Shown here one piece after another: positions 27,217 to 35,205 of a stretch of DNA of 64,000 nucleotides. A program made the position numbers and the translations under genes. Source of the stretch: Spirochaetales bacterium (GTDB lineage Bacteria; Spirochaetota; Spirochaetia; Treponematales; UBA12059); contig JAFGJV010000048.1 in NCBI GenBank assembly GCA_016928955.1, positions 1-64,000 on the forward strand, given 5' to 3'. Position 1 is the first letter of the stretch. Each line of letters opens with the position of its first letter. The notes beneath the pieces are model-generated. The model saw only the letters and a list, made by a program, of their open reading frames with translations. It searched no databases and was not told the origin of the DNA.

Positions 27217-28674
27217 ATGATCGATTTACGGATTGACGAGAAAGCCCGCAGGAAGAACATCGAGCGCTGCAAGCAGAACAACATCATACTGCCCACCTAC
27301 GAGCAGATGCGCGACCCGTCCAAGGTGCCCCAGTCCGTCAAGGACGAGCTCAAGAACATAGGACTCTGGGACGTCCACAGCCGCAACCTGTTCCGCGTCA
27401 CCTGGAAAAACGAACCAACGGAAAAAGGCGGCCAATTCGGCGGGGTCAACTACTTTGAGCTTCCGCGCCAGCTCACCGGCACCAAGGCTCGGATAGCCGG
27501 CGTGGTGGGCAAATGGTTCCCCACGGGCGCCCACAAGGTTGGCGCCACCTACTCCTGCCTGGTGTCCGAACTGATTACGGGCCGCTTTGACCCCACCACC
27601 AAAAAAGCCGTATGGCCGAGCACCGGCAACTATTGCCGCGGCGGCGCGTACGTATCCCGGCTCCTCACCTGCCCGTCTGTGGCCATCCTGCCGGCAGAGA
27701 TGTCCAAGGAGCGCTTCGAGTGGCTCAAGACCATGGCCGACGAGGTGATAGCCACCCCCGGCTGCGAGTCCAACGTGTGGGAAATCTTCGTCAAATGCAT
27801 TGAAATAGAGTCCAACCAGCCCGACGCTGTCATCTTTAACCAGTTCGACCAGCTGCCCAACCACCTGTGGCACTACACCGTCACCGGTCCGGCCCTGGAA
27901 GAAGTGTACAAGGCCATGGCGACCAAGGGCGAGCATCTGGCCCTGACCATGTACTCGTCGGGCTCGGCGGGCACCCTGGGCGCGGGCAGTTACCTCAAGG
28001 AACGGTACAACGGCCACCGCGTCGGCGCCGGCGAAGCCCTGCAGTGCCCCACCATCCTGGAAAACGGCTTTGGCGGCCACCGCATAGAGGGCATAGGCGA
28101 CAAGCACATCCCCTGGATCCACAACCTTCGCGACACCGACCACGCCGTGGCCGTTGACGACGAGATAACCATCCGCCTGCTCCGCCTGTTCAACGAACCC
28201 GCCGGCCGGGCTGTGCTAGTTGAAGCCGGCGTCCCCCAGGAGACGGTGGACCAGCTCGACCTCCTGGGCATATCCGGCATTGGCAATCTGGTGGCCACCA
28301 TCAAGGCGGCCAAGTTCTACGAGCTCAGGGACGACGACATTGCCCTGACCGTGTTCACCGATTCACTCCAGCTGTACGGATCGCGGCTCAGGGAGCTGAC
28401 CGCCGAGCGCGGCCCCTACACCCAGCGCCAGGCCGACAAGGACCTTGACCTGCTCCAGAACCTGTCCGTGGACCACGTGCTGGACATGGGCCATATTGAG
28501 CGCCGCCGCGTCCACCAGCTCAAGTACTACACCTGGATCGAGCAGATGGGCAAAAGCCTGGACGAGCTCAACGAGCAGTGGGACAATTACCGCCAGTACT
28601 GGGGCAAACTCCATGACCAGGTCGACACCATCGACCAGATGATCAAGGACTTCAATGCGGAGGTTCTCAAGTGA
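27217..28674 (+). CDS. Large cysteine-synthase-like fold-type-II PLP enzyme (485 aa)
   Basis: FPTGAHKVGA (PLP lysine), PSTGNY, NQF, SGSAGT, HRIEGIGD; AAGGAG RBS before ATG 27217. Confidence 0.85.
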   Translation: MIDLRIDEKARRKNIERCKQNNIILPTYEQMRDPSKVPQSVKDELKNIGLWDVHSRNLFRVTWKNEPTEKGGQFGGVNYFELPRQLTGTKARIAGVVGKWFPTGAHKVGATYSCLVSELITGRFDPTTKKAVWPSTGNYCRGGAYVSRLLTCPSVAILPAEMSKERFEWLKTMADEVIATPGCESNVWEIFVKCIEIESNQPDAVIFNQFDQLPNHLWHYTVTGPALEEVYKAMATKGEHLALTMYSSGSAGTLGAGSYLKERYNGHRVGAGEALQCPTILENGFGGHRIEGIGDKHIPWIHNLRDTDHAVAVDDEITIRLLRLFNEPAGRAVLVEAGVPQETVDQLDLLGISGIGNLVATIKAAKFYELRDDDIALTVFTDSLQLYGSRLRELTAERGPYTQRQADKDLDLLQNLSVDHVLDMGHIERRRVHQLKYYTWIEQMGKSLDELNEQWDNYRQYWGKLHDQVDTIDQMIKDFNAEVLK

Positions 28675-30071
28675 TAGTGCTCAAGGACTGCTTCAGGGTG
28701 GTCCGGCCCCGCTACGGGGCGGGCAAGGCCGCCGGCTCCAGCACCGACGACCTTGCCGGTGTTGACGTACTCCTGGACGGAAACCGCATCGTCCGCATAG
28801 CCAAGGGCATAGACGCCCCGGCCGGCTGCGAGGTTGTGGACGCGTCCAGGCACGTGGTCATGCCGGGCCTTGTGAACACGCACCACCATTTCTACCAGAC
28901 GCTTACGCGCAACGTGCCGGCCGTCCAGGACGCCAAGCTGTTCAAATGGCTGGTGTACCTGTATGAGGTATGGAAGGGCGTGGACGAGGAGGCGGTGTAC
29001 TGGTCCAGCATGCTCGCCCTGGCCGAGTTGGCCAAGACGGGCTGCACCCTGTCCACCGACCACCACTATCTCTATCCCCAGGGCTTCAAGGACGACCTGC
29101 CCGGCCTCCAGTTCAAGGCCGCAGCGGACATCGGTCTCCGCTTTGCCCCCACGCGCGGTTCCATGTCGCGTTCCAAAAAGGACGGCGGCCTGCCCCCGGA
29201 CAGCGTTGTCCAGGACGAGGACACTATCCTGGCCCAGAGCGAGGCTGCCCTGCGCGCATACCACGACCCGGCGCCGGACGCCATGCGCAAGCTGGCCCTT
29301 GCGCCGTGTTCGCCCTTCTCCGTGTCCGAGCAGAGCATGAAGGACGCCGCCGCCCTGGCCCGCCGCTACGGCGCCCGGCTCCACACGCACCTGGCCGAAA
29401 CCAAGGACGAGGACGAGTTCTGCGTCAAGATGTACGGCCGCCGTCCGCTCAAGGTCATGGAGGACTGCGACTTTATCGGGCCGGACGTGTGGTACGCCCA
29501 CGGTATACATTTCAACGACGACGAGCTCAAACTGCTGGCTGAAACCAAGACCGGCGTTGCCCACTGCCCGTCCAGCAACATGCGGCTGGGTTCCGGCATA
29601 TGCCGCGTGCGCGAAATGCTGGACCTCGGCATACCCGTGGGCCTGGCCGTTGACGGCTCGGCCTCCAACGACGCGTCGGATATGCTGGGCGAGGCCAGGC
29701 AGGCCCTGCTCCTTCAGCGGGTGCGCTACGGCTCGGCAGGCATCACCGCCCGCGAGGTCCTGGGCCTGGCCACCCAGGGCGGAGCCCGCATCCTGGGCTA
29801 CGATGAGGCCGGCCGCATGGAGGAAGGCGCCCTGGCCGACCTTGCCCTGTTTGACGTCATGAAACTGGAGTACGCGGGGGCCCTGTCCGACCCGGCTGCC
29901 GCCCTGCTCTTTTCGGGGTACAATCACGGCGTGGATCACCTGATTGTCAATGGTCGTTTTGTCGTCCGGAATTCACGCCTTGTGGGCGCGGATGAGGAGC
30001 GCATACGCGACGAGGCCAATCGCTGCGCCAAGCGCCTCCTCCAGAAAGCGGGGGTACAGGCTGAATGGTAA
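28671..30071 (+). CDS. 8-oxoguanine-deaminase-like amidohydrolase
   Basis: NTHHHFYQ, DHHY, RGSMS, APCSPFSV (PCS motif of the 8-oxoguanine/isoxanthopterin deaminase group), HLAET, DGSASND. Confidence 0.8.
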   Translation: MIVLKDCFRVVRPRYGAGKAAGSSTDDLAGVDVLLDGNRIVRIAKGIDAPAGCEVVDASRHVVMPGLVNTHHHFYQTLTRNVPAVQDAKLFKWLVYLYEVWKGVDEEAVYWSSMLALAELAKTGCTLSTDHHYLYPQGFKDDLPGLQFKAAADIGLRFAPTRGSMSRSKKDGGLPPDSVVQDEDTILAQSEAALRAYHDPAPDAMRKLALAPCSPFSVSEQSMKDAAALARRYGARLHTHLAETKDEDEFCVKMYGRRPLKVMEDCDFIGPDVWYAHGIHFNDDELKLLAETKTGVAHCPSSNMRLGSGICRVREMLDLGIPVGLAVDGSASNDASDMLGEARQALLLQRVRYGSAGITAREVLGLATQGGARILGYDEAGRMEEGALADLALFDVMKLEYAGALSDPAAALLFSGYNHGVDHLIVNGRFVVRNSRLVGADEERIRDEANRCAKRLLQKAGVQAEW

Positions 30072-30874
30072 ACGAATATGTTAGACCGGCTTCCCTTGAG
30101 GAAGCCCTGGAGCTCATGGAGGACGACGGCAGCGTGGCCTCCGCTGGCGGCACCTTCCTCTTGACCGGCTACGAGGTCGGCCGCGGACGGGACATGGACT
30201 GCATGATAGACGTGCTCCAGCTCCTGCCCTCAGGCGTCACCCGGAGCGGCAACGAGCTGTCCATAGGCTCGGGCACCACCTTCCAGGCCCTCATAGACTC
30301 CAAGGACGCGCCTGCGTGCCTGAAGGCGGCCGCCCTGTCCATGGCCAACCGCAACACCCGGAACCGGGCGACCGTGGGCGGCAACCTGGGGGCAAACAAG
30401 GCATGCGCAAGCCTTCCGCCCATACTCCTGGCCCTCGGCGCCAAGGTCGAGTTCAAAGCCCGGGCGTCCGCTCCCCTGACCCTGGACCTGGACAAGTGGC
30501 TGGCCGCCCCTGAAGGCCTTGTGCTTCGCGTGATCGTGCCCATGGCTCCAGGTACCCTGGCGGCTGCGGGCAGGGCCAGCCGCACGGCCTGCGACCTGGC
30601 CACGGCCACCGTGGGAGTGTCCTACCGACTTGAGAACGGCGTCATCCGGGGGCTCCGCGTCGCCTTGGGCGGCTTTAGCCCCCACGCCCGCCTGTTCCCG
30701 GACCTGGCCGCGCTGTTCGAGGGCACGGCCCTGCCGCCCAAGGCCGACATCGAACGCGTCGCCAAACCCCTGCTTACGGCCATATCCGACCACCGGGGAA
30801 GCGCCGACTACAAGAAACAGCGAGGCGCGGTCATCCTGGCGGACGCCATGCACGCGGCGGAGGCCCTGTCATGA
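30065..30874 (+). CDS. ygfM: Molybdenum hydroxylase FAD-binding subunit (YgfM-like)
   Basis: RPASLEEAL, AGGT, RNRATVGGN, DHRGSADYK; coupled to xdhD. Confidence 0.8.
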   Translation: MVNEYVRPASLEEALELMEDDGSVASAGGTFLLTGYEVGRGRDMDCMIDVLQLLPSGVTRSGNELSIGSGTTFQALIDSKDAPACLKAAALSMANRNTRNRATVGGNLGANKACASLPPILLALGAKVEFKARASAPLTLDLDKWLAAPEGLVLRVIVPMAPGTLAAAGRASRTACDLATATVGVSYRLENGVIRGLRVALGGFSPHARLFPDLAALFEGTALPPKADIERVAKPLLTAISDHRGSADYKKQRGAVILADAMHAAEALS

Positions 30875-33738
30875 AAACGACCTTTACCCTGAACGAGAAA
30901 CCGGTAAGCTGGAATTCGGAACCCGGACAGACCCTCCTGGACGCCCTCCGCGCCCACGGCATCGTGTCCGTACGCAACGGCTGCGACGGCGAGGGTTCAT
31001 GCGGCCTGTGCGCCGTCCTCATGGACGGAAAACAGGTCAATTCGTGCCAGATCCTCCTCCCCCAGGTGGAAGGCCGTAACATATACACGGTCGACTACTT
31101 TGGCAAGAACCGGTCCTTGTCCATAGTCCAGCGGGCCCTCATAGACGCCGCCTGCGTCCAGTGCGGCTACTGCACGCCCGCGGTGGTCCTTGCCCTTCAC
31201 GAGCTGCTTGCCCGCTCCCCCGACCCCAGCGAACCCGAGGTCAAGGACGCCCTGTCCGGCACCCTGTGCCGCTGCACGGGCTACGAGCAGTTCTTCAACG
31301 CGGCCCGTATAGCCAGCAAGCGCCTACGCGACCCGTCCTACTCGGAAGCCGCGTCCGAGCAGTTCCGTCCCGACCTCCGCCACGTGGGCAAGGACAGGGA
31401 CAAGGTCGACGCGGTGGCCCTGGCCAGGGGCGAGCGAGCCTTTGTGGAGGACCGCGTGGCCGCCGACGCCTGTCACCTGTTCGTGCTCGGCAGTCCCCAC
31501 GCCCACGCGTACATAAAGAGCGTGGACATCAGCAAGGCCGAAGCCATGCCCGGCGTGGTCAAGGTGCTGTGCAAGGACAACTGCCCGGACCTGGTGTACA
31601 CCACGGCCGGCCAGGGTTTCCCGGAACCCAGCCCCCACGACCAGCGCATGTTCCCGCGCAAGGCCCGTTTTGTCGGCGACCGCGTGGCCGCCGTCCTGGC
31701 CGAGACGCCCGAACAGGCCAAGGCCGCCCTGTCGGCCATCACCGTTGAGTACGATGTCCTGGAGCCCGTCCTGTCCATAGCCCAGGCCAAGGCCAAAGGC
31801 GCCCCGATAGTCCACCACGGCGACGTTTCGTACGTGGTCGGCGACCCGCCAGAGGGCAGTTCCGTCAAGGGTGACGGCCGTGACGACCCCATCCTGTACC
31901 AGTTCCCCCTGCACGCCGACCCGCACCGCAACCTGGCCGCCAGCGTTTCCGACGGCATAGGCGACATGGACAAGGGTTTTGCCGAGGCGGACGTGGTCAT
32001 AGAGCGCACGTACGTGGGCAACCGCGTGCAGTGCACGCCCATGGAACCCCATGTGGTATACGCCCGCATGGACGGCGGACGCCTGATACTCCACGCGTCC
32101 ACCCAGGTGCCCTGGCACGTCCGGCGCATCGTGTCGCGAGCCATAGGCGTGAGCGAGAACAAGGTCCGCGTGGTCAAGGAACGCGTGGGCGGCGGTTTCG
32201 GCGCCAAGCAGGACATCGTCGTGGAGGACCTGGCCGGCTACCTGGCCTGGACCACCGGACGCGACGTGTTCTACCGCTACAACAGGGAAGAGGAATTCGC
32301 CGCCAGCCGCACCAGGCACGGCATGGAGATCACGGTCAAGCTGGGAGCAAAAAAAGACGGCACCCTGACCGCCGTGCTCATGCAGCTGGACGCCGACACC
32401 GGCCCCTACGGCCAGCACTGCCTGACCGTGCCCATGAACGCCATATCCAAGAGCCTGCCCCTGGTGCTGTGCGACAACGCCAGGTTTGAGGTCAGAAGCT
32501 GGTATACCAACCTGTCGCCCGCCGGCGCCTATCAGGGTTACGGCGCGCCCAAAGGCTCCTTTGCCCTCCAGACGGCCTTGGCCGAGCTGGCCGCCGAGCT
32601 TGGCATGGACCAGCTGGACCTGATAGAGAAGAACCGCGTCCGCTCGGGCAGCCGCATCGAGATACTGCGCTCCCTGGGCGAGGGCAGGCCCGGCCAGCCG
32701 GTTACCCTGGGCGAATGCGGCCTGGGCGAGATGATCAGGCGCGGCAGGGTCAACCTCGAGTGGGACAAGCCCAAGCCAAAGGCCAGCGCCGATGGCTGGA
32801 AGGTCGGGCGCGGCGGCGTCATCATACAGCAGGGCTCGGGCCTTCCCGGCCTGGACGCTGCCAACGCCGAGCTCAGGCTCCTGTCGGACGGTACCCTCCT
32901 CATGCTGTCGGGCGGCGCCGACCTGGGTACGGGCCTTGATACGGTCACGGCCAAGGCTGCCGCCGAGATACTCGGCCTGGACATGGAAGACGTGAGCGTC
33001 GTATCGGGCGACACGGACACCACGCCCTTTGACAAGGGCGCGTACGCCAGCTCGGGCACCTACTTCTCAGGCAACGCCGCCGTCAAGGCGGCCCTGGACC
33101 TCAAGGCCAAGTGCATTTCCGTGGCCGCGGGCATCCTGGGCGAACCGGAGAGCGACCTTGCCATCGTCCCGCGCGGCATCATACGCGGCAAGCGCGGCGA
33201 GATCACCCTGGCCAAGCTGGCCCACCTGTCCATCCAGGGCGAGGGCCACCACGAACTGGTCGGCTTTGGCAACTTCAAGACCGAGCACGCCGCCTTCCCC
33301 TATGGCGCCCATTTTGCCCAGGTTGAGGTGAACGAGCGCTCGGGAGAGGTACGCATCACCCGTTACCATGCGTACCAGGACTGCGGCACGCCCATCAACC
33401 CCGCCCTGGCCATGGGCCAGATATACGGCGGCGTCATGAAAGCCGTCGGCCACTCCCTCTACGAGGAACTCCTGTTCGACAACAAGGGCCGGCCCCTGAA
33501 CACCAATTTCCTGGACTACAAGATACCGAGCGTGTTCGAGGTGCCTGACGACTTCCACGTGGAGCTGGTGCCCGTGGCCGACGAGGAAGGCCCCTTTGGC
33601 GGCAAGAGCGTTTCCGAGATTTCGCTCAACGGATCGGCCCCGGCCATAGCCATAGCCATCCACGACGCCGTTGGCGTATGGATGCGCGAATGGCCCTTCA
33701 CCCCCGAGCGCATCCTCAAGGCAATGGGGAAGTTATAA
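30871..33738 (+). CDS. xdhD: XdhD-type fused [2Fe-2S]-molybdopterin oxidoreductase
   Basis: GCDGEGSCGLC, QCGYCTP, CRCTGY, STQVP, GGGFGAKQD, AYQGYGAPKG, YASSGT, KSVSEI; 955 aa. Confidence 0.88.
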   Translation: MKTTFTLNEKPVSWNSEPGQTLLDALRAHGIVSVRNGCDGEGSCGLCAVLMDGKQVNSCQILLPQVEGRNIYTVDYFGKNRSLSIVQRALIDAACVQCGYCTPAVVLALHELLARSPDPSEPEVKDALSGTLCRCTGYEQFFNAARIASKRLRDPSYSEAASEQFRPDLRHVGKDRDKVDAVALARGERAFVEDRVAADACHLFVLGSPHAHAYIKSVDISKAEAMPGVVKVLCKDNCPDLVYTTAGQGFPEPSPHDQRMFPRKARFVGDRVAAVLAETPEQAKAALSAITVEYDVLEPVLSIAQAKAKGAPIVHHGDVSYVVGDPPEGSSVKGDGRDDPILYQFPLHADPHRNLAASVSDGIGDMDKGFAEADVVIERTYVGNRVQCTPMEPHVVYARMDGGRLILHASTQVPWHVRRIVSRAIGVSENKVRVVKERVGGGFGAKQDIVVEDLAGYLAWTTGRDVFYRYNREEEFAASRTRHGMEITVKLGAKKDGTLTAVLMQLDADTGPYGQHCLTVPMNAISKSLPLVLCDNARFEVRSWYTNLSPAGAYQGYGAPKGSFALQTALAELAAELGMDQLDLIEKNRVRSGSRIEILRSLGEGRPGQPVTLGECGLGEMIRRGRVNLEWDKPKPKASADGWKVGRGGVIIQQGSGLPGLDAANAELRLLSDGTLLMLSGGADLGTGLDTVTAKAAAEILGLDMEDVSVVSGDTDTTPFDKGAYASSGTYFSGNAAVKAALDLKAKCISVAAGILGEPESDLAIVPRGIIRGKRGEITLAKLAHLSIQGEGHHELVGFGNFKTEHAAFPYGAHFAQVEVNERSGEVRITRYHAYQDCGTPINPALAMGQIYGGVMKAVGHSLYEELLFDNKGRPLNTNFLDYKIPSVFEVPDDFHVELVPVADEEGPFGGKSVSEISLNGSAPAIAIAIHDAVGVWMREWPFTPERILKAMGKL

Positions 33739-33743
33739 ATGCA

Positions 33744-33857
33744 GCCACGGAGCCACGGAGCTAGGGGAAAAACAAGAGATGTGAAGGATTCACGGCGCAC
33801 GCCTTTTCCCTCGCTTCTTGTCTCTTCCCCTGCGTCTCGGTGTCTCTGTGGTTTTTT
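33744..33857. repeat. Long imperfect hairpin with CACGGAG-type ends
   Basis: GCCACGGAGCCACGGAG..AGGGGAAAAACAAGA pairs with TCTTGTCTCTTCCCCT..CTCGGTGTCTCTGTGGT; followed by a T-run. Confidence 0.65.
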
Positions 33858-33895
33858 GTGAAGTTGTTTTCGCTGATTACTCATGGAGGTTACTG

Positions 33896-35092
33896 ATGAG
33901 CGTTAATGAGATTAAAGCCCTGATCGACAGGCTGGCCGCCAAGAAGATCGGGATGTACCACAAGGACTTTCTCCTGACCTGGGAGAAGACCCGCGACGAG
34001 ATAGACGCCACCTTCCTGGTGGCCGACATCCTGCGCGGCATGCGCGACGCCAACGTGAGCCCGCGCGTGTGGCACTCCGGCATAGCCGTGTCCAACTTCC
34101 GCGACAATTCCACCCGCACTCGTTTTTCCTACGCCAGCGCCTGCGACCTTCTGGGCCTGTACGTCCAGGACCTGGACGAGGGCAAGAGCCAGATAGCCCA
34201 CGGCGAGACCGTGCGCGAGACGGCCGCCATGATCAGCTTCCTCACCGAGGCCATAGGCATACGAGACGACATGTACCTGGGAGAGGGCGACCGCTACCAG
34301 CGCGAGGTCGGCTCAGCCCTGGACGCGGCCGTGGCTTCCGGCGTGCTCCCGGACCGGCCCACCGTGGTCAACCTCCAGAGCGACATCGACCACCCTACCC
34401 AGGCCATGGCCGACTTCCTCCACCTGGCCCACCACTTCGGCGGCATCGGCAAGCTCAAGGGCAAGAAAATCGCCATGACCTGGGCGTACTCTCCGTCCTA
34501 CGGCAAGCCCCTGTCCGTGCCCCAGGGCATCATAGGCCTGGCCAGCCGCTTTGGCATGGACATCACCCTGGCCCACCCCGAAGGCTACGACCTCATACCG
34601 GACGTGGTTGCCCTGTCCAAGAAACAGGCGGCGGAGTCCGGCGGCTCCTTCACGCACGTCAATTCCATGGACGATGCCTTCAAGGGCGCGGACATCGTCT
34701 ATCCCAAGAGCTGGGCACCCTTTGACGTCATGCAAAAGCGCGTGCCCCTGCTCAAGGCCGGCGACCAGGCTGGGCTCAAGGACCTGGAAAAAACCTGCCT
34801 TGCCAACAACGCGCGCTTCCAGGACTGGGAGTGCACGGAAGAAAAAATGAAACTGACCAAGGACGGCAAGGCCCTGTACATGCACTGTCTGCCCGCCGAC
34901 ATCACCGGCGTGTCCTGCAAGGCTGGAGAGGTGGCCGCCAGCGTCTTTGAGCGCTACCGCGACGACACCTACCGCGAGGCCGGTTTCAAGCCGTACATCA
35001 TAGCCGCCATGATTCTGCTCGGAAAGCGCAAGGACCCGGCGGCTACCCTGCGCGCCCTCCTGGAAAAGGGCCACCAGCGCGAGACCCTATAG
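33896..35092 (+). CDS. ygeW: Knotted carbamoyltransferase YgeW
   Basis: DFLLTW, FRDNSTRTRFS, HGETVRET, IRDD, HPTQ, WAYSPSYGKPLSVPQG, HCLPAD; GGAGGT RBS. Confidence 0.95.
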   Translation: MSVNEIKALIDRLAAKKIGMYHKDFLLTWEKTRDEIDATFLVADILRGMRDANVSPRVWHSGIAVSNFRDNSTRTRFSYASACDLLGLYVQDLDEGKSQIAHGETVRETAAMISFLTEAIGIRDDMYLGEGDRYQREVGSALDAAVASGVLPDRPTVVNLQSDIDHPTQAMADFLHLAHHFGGIGKLKGKKIAMTWAYSPSYGKPLSVPQGIIGLASRFGMDITLAHPEGYDLIPDVVALSKKQAAESGGSFTHVNSMDDAFKGADIVYPKSWAPFDVMQKRVPLLKAGDQAGLKDLEKTCLANNARFQDWECTEEKMKLTKDGKALYMHCLPADITGVSCKAGEVAASVFERYRDDTYREAGFKPYIIAAMILLGKRKDPAATLRALLEKGHQRETL

Positions 35093-35097
35093 TTTGT

Positions 35098-35130
35098 CCG
35101 GGAGAGGAACCCTCGCGGTTCCCCTCCCGG
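35098..35130 (+). terminator. Stem-loop closing the purine island
   Basis: CCGGGAGAGGAACC-ctcgc-GGTTCCCCTCCCGG after the ygeW stop; no strong U-tract. Confidence 0.5.
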
Positions 35131-35205
35131 CCCCTTCCTTCCGCTCTGTCCGTGCCGCCACAACAAGCGCTGGCGCTGGCCTACCCAAGGCACTATGCTG
35201 GGAAC

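Noticed and set aside
14847..35092. Selenocysteine read-through or frameshifts in island genes
   Set aside because: All ORFs look full-length, and most TGA stops coincide with overlapping starts of the next gene.
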